Origin: Candidatus Caldarchaeum sp.
GTDB taxonomy: Archaea; Thermoproteota; Nitrososphaeria_A; Caldarchaeales; Caldarchaeaceae
NCBI GenBank assembly: GCA_038831915.1
Contig: JAWBKB010000006.1
Coordinates: 17,874 to 81,873 of the forward strand
Length of the DNA stretch: 64,000 nt
Direction: 5' to 3'
In this document: positions 9,800 to 18,329 of the stretch, piece after piece
Position numbering within the stretch: the stretch's first letter is position 1
How the letters are laid out: each line of letters opens with the position of its first letter
Translations under genes and position numbers: made by a program
The notes under the pieces: model-generated
The model's database searches: none
What the model saw: the letters and a program-made list of their open reading frames with translations, nothing else
What the model was told of the DNA's origin: nothing

Positions 9800-12454
9800 A
9801 TGAAATACGTCGGGCTTTTCGACGAATTAACACAGTATGGAAGGTTCGAGCTAGGCGGAAAAGGATATGGCCTCGTGCAGATGACATCAACCGGGCTACC
9901 TGTTCCGCCGGGGATAATCATACTAACAACCGCCTGTAAAGAATATTACAGAAATGACGGTAAAATTCCTGCGGGGTTATTTGACGAGGTACGTGAAAAG
10001 CTTCGCCTCCTAGAAGAAAGAACCGGAAAGCGATTCGGAGACCCCCGCAACCCGCTTCTGGTATCAGTTCGGTCGGGCGCTCCTTATTCGATGCCCGGTA
10101 TGATGGACACTATATTAAACCTCGGAATGAACGACGCTGTCGCAGAAGGTCTTGTAAAACTTACAGGAGACGAAAGATTCGTCTACGACGCTTATCGCCG
10201 ATTTATCCAGATGTTCGCGAGAATAGCGATGGGAGCCAAAACGGACCGATTTGAAAAACTTCTCGAGGAAACGAGAGAAAAACTGGGGGTCAAGTTTGAC
10301 ATCGAGATCCCGGCATCGGAGATGAAAAAAATAGTTCAAAAGTTCAAGCAGATAGTCAAAGAGGAGAAAGGTGTTGAAATTCCGCAGGACCCGTTTGAAC
10401 AGCTCAAGATGGCGGTCGAAGCGGTTTTCAAGTCTTGGAACAACCCGCGCGCCATTGAATACCGAAAATACTACAAAATCCCCGACGACCTTGGAACAGC
10501 TGTCAACATACAGATGATGGTTTTCGGAAACTACGGCGACAATTCAGGCTCTGGTGTTGGTTTCACCCGCAATCCATCCACCGGTGAAAAAAAGCTCTAC
10601 GGCGAATACCTACCCAAAGCTCAGGGCGAAGACGTCGTAGCAGGCATCAGAACACCTTTTCCACTTGAAAAACTCGACGCGAACCTCTACAAAGAACTTG
10701 CGGATATCGCCGAAAAGCTCGAACGGCATTTCAAAGACATGCAGGACTTTGAATTCACCGTGGAGAACGGCAAACTCTACCTCCTTCAAACGAGGAACGG
10801 AAAAAGAACCGCTCAAGCGGCCGTTAAAATCGCGGTCGACATGTTTGAAGAAGGGTTGATATCGGCTCCCGAAGCTCTGATGCGAGTTGACCCGAATGAG
10901 CTTAATCAACTGCTTCACAGAAGGCTTGACCCCAACTACAAAGGGAAACCTATCGTGAAAGGTTTGAACGCGTCACCCGGAGCTGCCAGCGGAATAGTTG
11001 TTTTCGACACAAACGAAGCAGCTGAAAGAGGAGGAAAAGGTGAGAAAATCATTCTTGTGCGGCCTGAAACGACGCCGGAAGACATTAAGGGAATCATCGC
11101 TGCTCAAGGTGTTTTGACTTCGAGAGGAGGCATGACCAGCCACGCAGCTGTTGTGGCGAGAGGAATGGGCAAGCCGGCGGTCGTCGGATGTGAAAGCATA
11201 CGCATCAACATGGATGAAGGCTATTTCACCACAGCGGAAGGAATAACTGTGAAACATGGAGATGTCATCACAATCGACGGCGGGTCTGGGCTCGTTTTCC
11301 TCGGCGAAGTTCCAACCACCGAACCAGAGTTGACACCTGAACTTTACAAGCTTCTTGAACTCGCCGACCGGTATCGAAGGCTCGGCGTAAGAGCAAACGC
11401 CGACACACCTGAAGCAGCTGAAAAAGCTCGAGCATTCGGCGCCCAGGGAATCGGGCTGTGCAGAACCGAAAGGATGTTCAACGCGCCTGACAGGCTTCCT
11501 ATTGTGCGTGAAATGATCATGGCTCAGACGGCCGATGAAAGGCGGAGGGCATTGGAAAAGCTGTTACCGTTCCAGGTAGCCGATTTCCGAGAAATTTTCA
11601 GAGCAATGAAAGGCCTTCCTGTTACAGTCAGATTACTTGACCTGCCCCTACACGAATTCCTACCGCCCGCTGAAACGATTTTGAAGGAAATGTTCGAGCT
11701 CGCTTCCCTTCACAGTTCTGAAAAAGAAATCGCGGAAAGACAGGAGCTGCTCCGCAGAGTGCTAGCGTTGAAAGAACACAACCCGATGCTCGGTCACCGT
11801 GGATGCAGGCTCGCCATACGGTATCCCGAAATCTATGAAATGCAGGTAAAAGCCATTTTAAGGGCCGCCATCGAAGTTAGACGGAGATTCGGGGAAACCG
11901 CCAAAATCCAAATCATGCTACCGCTTGTCAGCGACCGCAACGAATTAGCACACCTCAGAAGAATCATAGACGAAACGGCGGAAAACCTTTTCGAAGAGCT
12001 TGGCGAAAGAATTGATTACAAAATCGGAACCATGATCGAGACTCCGCGGGCAGCGTTGACCGCGGCGGAAATTGCTGAAGTAGCAGATTTCTTCTCTTTC
12101 GGCACGAATGATTTAACGCAGACAACCTACGGATTTAGCAGAGATGATGCCGAAGCAAAATTCATGGCAGACTACCTTGAGAAGAAGATACTTCCACGTA
12201 ACCCGTTTGAATCGATCGATACCCGCGGAGTGGGGAGGCTTGTCGCTCTGGCAACAGCCGAAGGCAAAAAAGCCAAACCATCGCTGGAAGTTGGAATCTG
12301 CGGCGAACATGGAGGAGACCCTGATAGCGTGAAATTCTTCCACGAAGCTGGCCTTGACTACGTAAGTGCATCACCGTACAGGGTTCCAATAGCGCGGTTG
12401 GCGGCTGCACAGGCTGCTGTCGGAAAGCTTGAAAAAGTCGCTGTCACCATCTAG
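9800..12454 (+). CDS. ppdK: pyruvate, phosphate dikinase
   Basis: PLLVSVRSGA..SMPGMMDTILNLG, phospho-His motif GGMTSHAAVVARG, GIGLCRTE, FFSFGTNDLTQ, GICGEHGG. Confidence 0.97.
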   Translation: MKYVGLFDELTQYGRFELGGKGYGLVQMTSTGLPVPPGIIILTTACKEYYRNDGKIPAGLFDEVREKLRLLEERTGKRFGDPRNPLLVSVRSGAPYSMPGMMDTILNLGMNDAVAEGLVKLTGDERFVYDAYRRFIQMFARIAMGAKTDRFEKLLEETREKLGVKFDIEIPASEMKKIVQKFKQIVKEEKGVEIPQDPFEQLKMAVEAVFKSWNNPRAIEYRKYYKIPDDLGTAVNIQMMVFGNYGDNSGSGVGFTRNPSTGEKKLYGEYLPKAQGEDVVAGIRTPFPLEKLDANLYKELADIAEKLERHFKDMQDFEFTVENGKLYLLQTRNGKRTAQAAVKIAVDMFEEGLISAPEALMRVDPNELNQLLHRRLDPNYKGKPIVKGLNASPGAASGIVVFDTNEAAERGGKGEKIILVRPETTPEDIKGIIAAQGVLTSRGGMTSHAAVVARGMGKPAVVGCESIRINMDEGYFTTAEGITVKHGDVITIDGGSGLVFLGEVPTTEPELTPELYKLLELADRYRRLGVRANADTPEAAEKARAFGAQGIGLCRTERMFNAPDRLPIVREMIMAQTADERRRALEKLLPFQVADFREIFRAMKGLPVTVRLLDLPLHEFLPPAETILKEMFELASLHSSEKEIAERQELLRRVLALKEHNPMLGHRGCRLAIRYPEIYEMQVKAILRAAIEVRRRFGETAKIQIMLPLVSDRNELAHLRRIIDETAENLFEELGERIDYKIGTMIETPRAALTAAEIAEVADFFSFGTNDLTQTTYGFSRDDAEAKFMADYLEKKILPRNPFESIDTRGVGRLVALATAEGKKAKPSLEVGICGEHGGDPDSVKFFHEAGLDYVSASPYRVPIARLAAAQAAVGKLEKVAVTI

Positions 12455-12858
12455 ACTTCTCCAAACTCTTTTTCTCGAATTTCGGAATGCACCAGCCTGT
12501 AGCGTGCCAAGTTGCCTGCCCCCGACCTTTCAAGAACTCCTCTTTCAGAAAGCCGTGCCAAATACGTTGACGCGGTGCTGAGCGGTATAGATTCCCGGTG
12601 TTCGAACTGGTAAGCTTCGACGACATCCCTCGAAGTGAAGAAGGTATAGGGAAAATGTTTCTCGATTATTTCCATTACTTTGGCCAGTTTGCTGCCTCGA
12701 GTGTTATCAGCAGGCTCCGAAACGCCGCCGACCAGTTCGAGAAAATCTGCGAGCTGATAAAGCTTGTCACGGCTCAAATTCCCCTCAAACACGATTGATA
12801 TTTTGTCCCCTTCACCGGTCTCCATCTCGAACCTGACCTTCTTTCTTCGCGGCGTCAA
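12451..12858 (-). CDS. conserved hypothetical protein with C-terminal winged HTH
   Basis: FTSRDV..Y.....E.IPLSTASTYLARL.ERG.LER..G....YRL is a typical wHTH. The gene is divergent from PCNA. Confidence 0.7.
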   Translation of the reverse strand: MTPRRKKVRFEMETGEGDKISIVFEGNLSRDKLYQLADFLELVGGVSEPADNTRGSKLAKVMEIIEKHFPYTFFTSRDVVEAYQFEHRESIPLSTASTYLARLSERGVLERSGAGNLARYRLVHSEIREKEFGEV

Positions 12859-12999
12859 TCGCTACGAAGCGAGGGCCATGACCGCTTTTTTATAACTCTT
12901 GGATGGCCAAACAACCGCGAATACTTCACCTTGACTTACAATAATAGCACCAGCGTCATACCATACAGAAATATATTCCTGTTAGTTGACAGATACGAC

Positions 13000-13770
13000 A
13001 TGAGCGAAACATCGCCGTCTTTCAGAATGAAGCTTCCGTCCGCGGACTATTTTGCGTCGTTGGTCAAAGCCATATCATCGGTTGTCGACGAAGGGTCATT
13101 TACAGCCGACTCCGACTCCATCAAATTAACTGGAATGGACCCCGCTCACGTAAGTATGGTAAACTTCGTGATGAGCAAAGAAGCGGCAGAGGAATATGTG
13201 TGTCAAAATCCAGTCGAGATAAAAGTGAACGTTTCGGAGCTGCTCAAATTCCTGAAAAGGGCTGGAAACGAATCACTTTCCATCGAATATGACGACGAAA
13301 AGAAGAAACTAAAACTGGTCTTTACGAACACCGCGGCCCGAAAAGAAAGAACATTTGTTCTAAGCACGCTGGAGACCGGAACAGGGCCTACGCCTGTGCC
13401 GAAGCTAAGCTTCGAGGCGAAATGCAGGGTTGACACTGGGGCTTTCGCCGAAGCCGTTGATGACGCATCGCTCGTCAGCGATTATGCAAGGATAACCATT
13501 TCGCCGACTGAGTTGATCGTCTCGAGCAAAAGCGATGTTCAAACGCATCGCTCACGATTCGAGAAAGATGGAACAATCATACACGAAATAAAAGCGGACA
13601 AGGAGGTTTCAGCAAGCTTCAGCCTGACTTATCTGGAGAAGATCGTGTCCTCGAGCAAATCATTATCCGATGAAACTGAAATCGAACTTTCAAACAACAA
13701 GCCGATAAAGCTTTCCTTTCCCATAACCGGTGGAAAAATAGAGTTCCTAATAGCGCCACGGCTCGAATAA
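13000..13770 (+). CDS. pcn: DNA sliding clamp PCNA
   Basis: MDPAHVSM, SFSL.YL, C-terminal FLIAPRLE. Start placed at ATG 13000. Confidence 0.95.
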   Translation: MSETSPSFRMKLPSADYFASLVKAISSVVDEGSFTADSDSIKLTGMDPAHVSMVNFVMSKEAAEEYVCQNPVEIKVNVSELLKFLKRAGNESLSIEYDDEKKKLKLVFTNTAARKERTFVLSTLETGTGPTPVPKLSFEAKCRVDTGAFAEAVDDASLVSDYARITISPTELIVSSKSDVQTHRSRFEKDGTIIHEIKADKEVSASFSLTYLEKIVSSSKSLSDETEIELSNNKPIKLSFPITGGKIEFLIAPRLE

Positions 13771-13805
13771 ACATCATATATACCCTCACACGCTATATTG
13801 GATGC

Positions 13806-13899
13806 GGGGCCGTAGTTCAGCTTGGTTAGAAAGAAACCTTTTTCCTAACGTCCGCGGCTCGGGCCCGCGTGGTCCCCGGTTCAAATCCGGGCGGCCCCA
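13806..13899 (+). tRNA. tRNA-Pro(CGG) with a 19-nt BHB intron at position 24/25 (13832-13850)
   Basis: Acceptor GGGGCCG/CGGCCCC-A. T-arm CCCGG-TTCAAAT-CCGGG. Anticodon stem CGCGG/CCGCG with loop CTCGGGC. BHB: TTAG-AA|A-GAAA(CCTT)TTTC-CTAA-CG|T. Confidence 0.9.
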
Positions 13900-14918
13900 A
13901 ATCCTTTAACGACGTACTTTTCTGCGTAAAGCTCTCGTGCATAATCCGCAGGGTTTACTGGCGTGTTTGTTTGCGCCGAATCAAGAATGCATTCCGCGAT
14001 GAGTGTGGCTCGAAACCCATCATAGGCGTTCACAATTGGTTCCGTCTTCTTCTCGACACAGTCAACGAAATGCATCAACTCGTTTTTCAAGGGCTCGACA
14101 TACTTCAAGTTAGGGATGACTACTTGGTCGGCTTTCTCCAAAATAACCTCCTGCTCTATGAACCGAACCGACACAACGCCATTCTCACCTGTGATGTGCA
14201 TTTCACGTTTCTTGCGAGGTGTGAGCCAGTTGGCTTCGAGCAACGCACTTCTGCCTTTGCCGTAAGAGAGAAAAATCTGGGCATGGTCTTCGTAGCTGTG
14301 GCGAAGCCTGCCACACATCGCGTAAATTCTTTCAGGCATCGATTGGAAAATCCACGTCACCAAATCGATATCATGAATTGCGGTATCCTTGACTACGCCT
14401 GTGTCGCCTATTCTTTCAGGCCATGAACCTATTCTCCGTCCATAAAACAGCAAAACATCGCCAACTTCTCCGGTGTCTATCAAGTTTTTGGCAAACTGCA
14501 CGGCCGGGTTAAACCTTTCGATGAATCCAACCATGACACGGCGTTTCATTTCATCTTTTTTCTCGATTATGTGAACCGCTTCCTCAATAGTGGACGCCAT
14601 GGGCTTCTCGATTAACACGTCGCATCCTGCATTTAATGCTCGAAGTGCTAATGTGACGTGTGTTGTCGAGGGTGTGCAGATGGTCAACGCGTCAGGCTCG
14701 GTTTTTTCCAACAGTTCATCAAGGTAAGAGAAATATTTCGAAACCCCAAACCTTTTCGCCGCACGTGCCGCCCGTGAAACGTCGGTGTCGCAGACTCCCA
14801 CAAGCTCTACGTTCGGGATTTCGCTAAGCACTCGTAAATGGTTCAAACCCCAAAAACCGGCACCAACGACAGCCATCCTAACCACAACCACATCCCTCAC
14901 ACACAAGGCACAAACCAA
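13881..14918 (-). CDS. Gfo/Idh/MocA family oxidoreductase (WbpB-like nucleotide-sugar dehydrogenase)
   Basis: VVGAGFWG..H, VLIEKP, VGFIERFNP, DTAIHDID. Exact start uncertain. Confidence 0.9.
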   Translation of the reverse strand: MVCALCVRDVVVVRMAVVGAGFWGLNHLRVLSEIPNVELVGVCDTDVSRAARAAKRFGVSKYFSYLDELLEKTEPDALTICTPSTTHVTLALRALNAGCDVLIEKPMASTIEEAVHIIEKKDEMKRRVMVGFIERFNPAVQFAKNLIDTGEVGDVLLFYGRRIGSWPERIGDTGVVKDTAIHDIDLVTWIFQSMPERIYAMCGRLRHSYEDHAQIFLSYGKGRSALLEANWLTPRKKREMHITGENGVVSVRFIEQEVILEKADQVVIPNLKYVEPLKNELMHFVDCVEKKTEPIVNAYDGFRATLIAECILDSAQTNTPVNPADYARELYAEKYVVKGFGAARI

Positions 14919-15943
14919 ACACGTTCAAAGCGAACAGATATCTCGCGAAAAAGATCTAAGCGAAGCGAGTTAACCAAAACTCCTTGGAACCCTTTGAGTG
15001 AATCCAACGTTTCAACCGACACATCGTTTTCATTTACATACTGAATTTTGACGTTTTTACCTTTGATATTGTTGGTTAGCCTGCGGTAGTTCTGCTCCGA
15101 CGTCCCGATGAAAAGAATTCTCAGCTGCCTGCGGGCTCTCTTTGCCATTTCGGAGATTTCAGCCGCAGCTAGTCTTTCACTTTTCAGTGCTGTTCTTTTT
15201 AGCCTGGTCAGTAGTTTATCCACCATCGGTGCGATGCTTCGCACGTGATAATATTTTAGCGCATCCAAAGTCTCGGGATAAATCAGCGTGTCTCCGGCTA
15301 CACATTTTGTGATGAGCTGCTGATGGTGATGATAGGTTGCCATTTCCACCATTACTTCCGCGTAAGCGGCTTGTGAAAATAGCTGCGAAAGGGTCGCTAT
15401 TTCGGCGGTCTCAACATCGTCGAAGAAAACACCGGTAAGCTTGCTTACCGCCTCCGATATTTTACCGCCGGCTTTCCACGCAGGAACGCATGACTGAAAA
15501 ACCGACGGGCCTCCGATGTATTGCTGAATCTCCGGTGAAATTTCTGAACGTTTGTTGAAGGTCGCCAGTATGTTTGCAGCTTCCCCTACTTTCGTCATCC
15601 CCGCAACAGTCAACGCCCGAGCTTCAGCTACGATTTCGCCCACGAGCTTTGCAAGGTTTTCCGCAGAACGATATTCATCCTTCCCGTCTTTGAAAGTGTT
15701 TACATGCAGCCAAATTTCCTCAACGAATTCCTCTGGCTTTGAAACGACTCGAAACAGCTGCGATGTGTGAAGTTTGATGAACTCTGTTTTACTGACAAAC
15801 CTGTGAAGATGCGGATGATAGTTGGACGCTCGTGTTTCAGTGTAGGGGTTATGAGTGTAAAATAAAACCTTGATACCGTTTTTCGCGAGCTTTACCGCGG
15901 CCGGTATGCCGGTTTCATCCGTTGCCGCAAACAAAACTGTCAT
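14897..15943 (-). CDS. highly diverged UDP-glucose/GDP-mannose dehydrogenase-like protein
   Basis: TGIPAAVKLAKNGIKVL resembles the family N-terminus and DVETAEIATL resembles TAEMxKL. No recognisable GxGxxG or GGxC motif. Lies in the sugar cluster. Confidence 0.45.
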   Translation of the reverse strand: MTVLFAATDETGIPAAVKLAKNGIKVLFYTHNPYTETRASNYHPHLHRFVSKTEFIKLHTSQLFRVVSKPEEFVEEIWLHVNTFKDGKDEYRSAENLAKLVGEIVAEARALTVAGMTKVGEAANILATFNKRSEISPEIQQYIGGPSVFQSCVPAWKAGGKISEAVSKLTGVFFDDVETAEIATLSQLFSQAAYAEVMVEMATYHHHQQLITKCVAGDTLIYPETLDALKYYHVRSIAPMVDKLLTRLKRTALKSERLAAAEISEMAKRARRQLRILFIGTSEQNYRRLTNNIKGKNVKIQYVNENDVSVETLDSLKGFQGVLVNSLRLDLFREISVRFERVWFVPCV

Positions 15944-15945
15944 TC

Positions 15946-16182
15946 TTACTCCCTTCTGAGTAAAACTTTGTACAGCCAGAAATCTGCAATCTTATGCCAG
16001 AAAACCACCCATACCACGAAAACCCCAATCCCCACGATTGTCCTCGCCATCGAGAGGAAAACGTTTCGGTCACTACCTTCCAAAACAGGAAGTATCACTA
16101 TGCCCACTATGGATGAAGCCGCTAGAAACATCAACCATACAATCGTTAGGAGCAAGACCAGGTAAATTAGATTTCTTTTCAT
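15946..16182 (-). CDS. small two-TM membrane protein
   Basis: Two hydrophobic segments, operon packing. Confidence 0.7.
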   Translation of the reverse strand: MKRNLIYLVLLLTIVWLMFLAASSIVGIVILPVLEGSDRNVFLSMARTIVGIGVFVVWVVFWHKIADFWLYKVLLRRE

Positions 16183-16192
16183 CTTTCAACAC

Positions 16193-17170
16193 CTACATCA
16201 ACAGGAAATAGGTCAGCAACGCTAGGAAAGACGAATACAGCGAAAGAAAGGCGAGGCCGTTCACCGCCTGCTTTTCCGTGAGTCGTGAACCAGCGGTGAG
16301 CATTCGCAGCAGTGTAACGGCCGCTCTTCTATCTGGATTAGCCTCTATGTAAGAGCCGTTCAAGACGGTAGGTCTGACAGCAGTGTTTTTACCGCTTTTA
16401 AGTCCACGCATCGAGTAAATTATGTGGAATTCGTTCATGATTTGCGGCATAAGCGCGACTATGGCCACGACCTCCATCCGTCCCACTATGGCGATGTAAG
16501 TGATGACCGCTCCTATGTAGAGGCTTCCAACGTTTCCCGCAAAAGTTTTAGCGGGATAGTAGTTTTTCGTCAGAAACACAGATAACGAAACCATCGTGGC
16601 TAGGGACAGTATGAAGACTTCCGTCTTACCTTCAACCAGTGACACAACAGCGAGAGGCAGGAGAGCGAATAAACTGGTGAGGGCCATGGAGCCGTTAAGG
16701 ACGTCGATGCTGTTCACCGCGTTACAAACCACAGCGAACCCCACCAGTATGAGAAAAGGATACACTATGGTTAGTCTCGTGGTTCCGATGAAGGGGAGCT
16801 CAGGGTTGGGCGAATATGTTCCAGCGACCAGAAAAGGTATCCCAGCTAAAGAGATTAGTAATGGCTTCAAGATCGGATTGATCTCGCGGAAATCTTCGAA
16901 AAGCCCTATCGCCAGAGCCGTGAAAGTTGTCGCGAAGAGGGTGAAAATCGGCGAAGTCCCTGTGAGAAGCCAGTAAACAATCATGGCTGATGATATTCCC
17001 GCTGCTAAAGCGAGTCCACCCAGCTTAGGAACCTCATATGGCTTTGGTTTATGAACATCCAGCCCAACAGCTCCGGCTCGGCGTGAAAACCATATGCTGG
17101 CCGGAATTGTGAAAAAAGTCGCTGCCGCCGAGACTACACATATGACGATGACAGCGAAAACATCGACCAT
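16193..17170 (-). CDS. aglH: UDP-GlcNAc:dolichyl-phosphate GlcNAc-1-phosphotransferase (MraY/GPT family, AglH/ALG7-like)
   Basis: GLDVHKP...VPKLGG, IGLFEDF, NAVNSIDVLNG, NYYPAKTFAGNVG, multiple TM helices. Confidence 0.85.
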   Translation of the reverse strand: MVDVFAVIVICVVSAAATFFTIPASIWFSRRAGAVGLDVHKPKPYEVPKLGGLALAAGISSAMIVYWLLTGTSPIFTLFATTFTALAIGLFEDFREINPILKPLLISLAGIPFLVAGTYSPNPELPFIGTTRLTIVYPFLILVGFAVVCNAVNSIDVLNGSMALTSLFALLPLAVVSLVEGKTEVFILSLATMVSLSVFLTKNYYPAKTFAGNVGSLYIGAVITYIAIVGRMEVVAIVALMPQIMNEFHIIYSMRGLKSGKNTAVRPTVLNGSYIEANPDRRAAVTLLRMLTAGSRLTEKQAVNGLAFLSLYSSFLALLTYFLLM

Positions 17171-17240
17171 AACCAGTCACGATTCATTTCACGGTATTAG
17201 TTTTTCCTGATTTAGAGAATTAAATATCCGCGACAAAGGC

Positions 17241-18329
17241 TTGTTTTACCAGGTGGAAGAAGTTTTGGCGACGATTTGGCTGGACATTCTAACGCCTAAA
17301 CAGTTTTGGTATTTTGGAAAAGTTGGGGAATCACTCAGAGCCCGTGGCCATCGAATCATATATACTTCCCGTAACTACGAGCAAGTGCAGCCTTTCTTCG
17401 AAATGATGAAGAACGAAAAATTTTTTGTTGTGGGAGAGTTCGGGGGAGCTGACCTTCGTCAAAAACTGGTGAAAAGCGTTGAAAGAACCGCGGCTCTTTT
17501 AGAATTGATGGATGATTTTGACTGCGCTGTTTCAAGCGGCTCGCCTGAAGCGGCGAGAATCGCTTATGGTCTCGCGGTTCCCCATGTTTTGGCGTCGGAC
17601 ACGCCGGAGTCACCGGTCAACAAGCTCGCGGCCCCGCTTTCGAAAAAAGTAGTCACGCCTTGGATTCTGGGCCATTCGGCTTGGCGGGTGCACGGGGTGA
17701 AGATGAGAGACGTTGTTATCTATAAGGCACTTGACCCAGTTGCTTGGCTGAAGGACTTCAAACCTGATGTCAAGTTTCTCCGTCAACACGGCCTGAACGA
17801 AAACAATTATGTCCTGATTAGGTCACCCGAATACAAAGCAGCTTATCTCAGAGATTCATGTTGGAATACTCAAAAGTTCGCCGAATTCGTCGTGAAATTT
17901 GTCGAGAAAACAAAGGAGAAAGCTGTAGTTCTTCCTCGGTATTGGGATGAAGTAGTTTTATTGAAAAAATCAATCGGTAAAGTGGCCTATGTATTAGAGA
18001 GACCTGTGACAGACCTCAGCCTGCTTTACTATTCGAAGCTGTTCATTGGAGGCGGCGGCACGATGACACAGGAAGCCGCGCTTTTGGGCATTCCGACAAT
18101 TTCGATTTATCCCGGCAAACCTCCCAAAGTCATCCGCTACCTAATGATGAAGAAACTCGTTCAGCATGCCAAAAGCCTCGAATCGTTGACGTATAACGCT
18201 AAAGCAATTGTGAAACAAGCCAGTAAAACACATGAAAAACATCATTCTAAAGCTGAGAAACTGATTAAAGTCATGGAAAATCCGGCCGAAAAAGTGGCCG
18301 CGACTGTCGACGCTATTGTCATTGGCTAG
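17241..18329 (+). CDS. DUF354 family GT-B fold protein (glycosyltransferase/epimerase-like)
   Basis: IWLDILTPKQ, SSGSPEAARIAYGL, FIGGGGTMTQEAALLGIPTIS. Start may be TTG 17265. Confidence 0.85.
   Translation: MFYQVEEVLATIWLDILTPKQFWYFGKVGESLRARGHRIIYTSRNYEQVQPFFEMMKNEKFFVVGEFGGADLRQKLVKSVERTAALLELMDDFDCAVSSGSPEAARIAYGLAVPHVLASDTPESPVNKLAAPLSKKVVTPWILGHSAWRVHGVKMRDVVIYKALDPVAWLKDFKPDVKFLRQHGLNENNYVLIRSPEYKAAYLRDSCWNTQKFAEFVVKFVEKTKEKAVVLPRYWDEVVLLKKSIGKVAYVLERPVTDLSLLYYSKLFIGGGGTMTQEAALLGIPTISIYPGKPPKVIRYLMMKKLVQHAKSLESLTYNAKAIVKQASKTHEKHHSKAEKLIKVMENPAEKVAATVDAIVIG

Noticed and set aside
13869-14426. 185-aa plus-strand ORF
   Set aside because: It starts inside tRNA-Pro and is antisense to the well-supported Gfo/Idh/MocA gene, so it is a shadow ORF.
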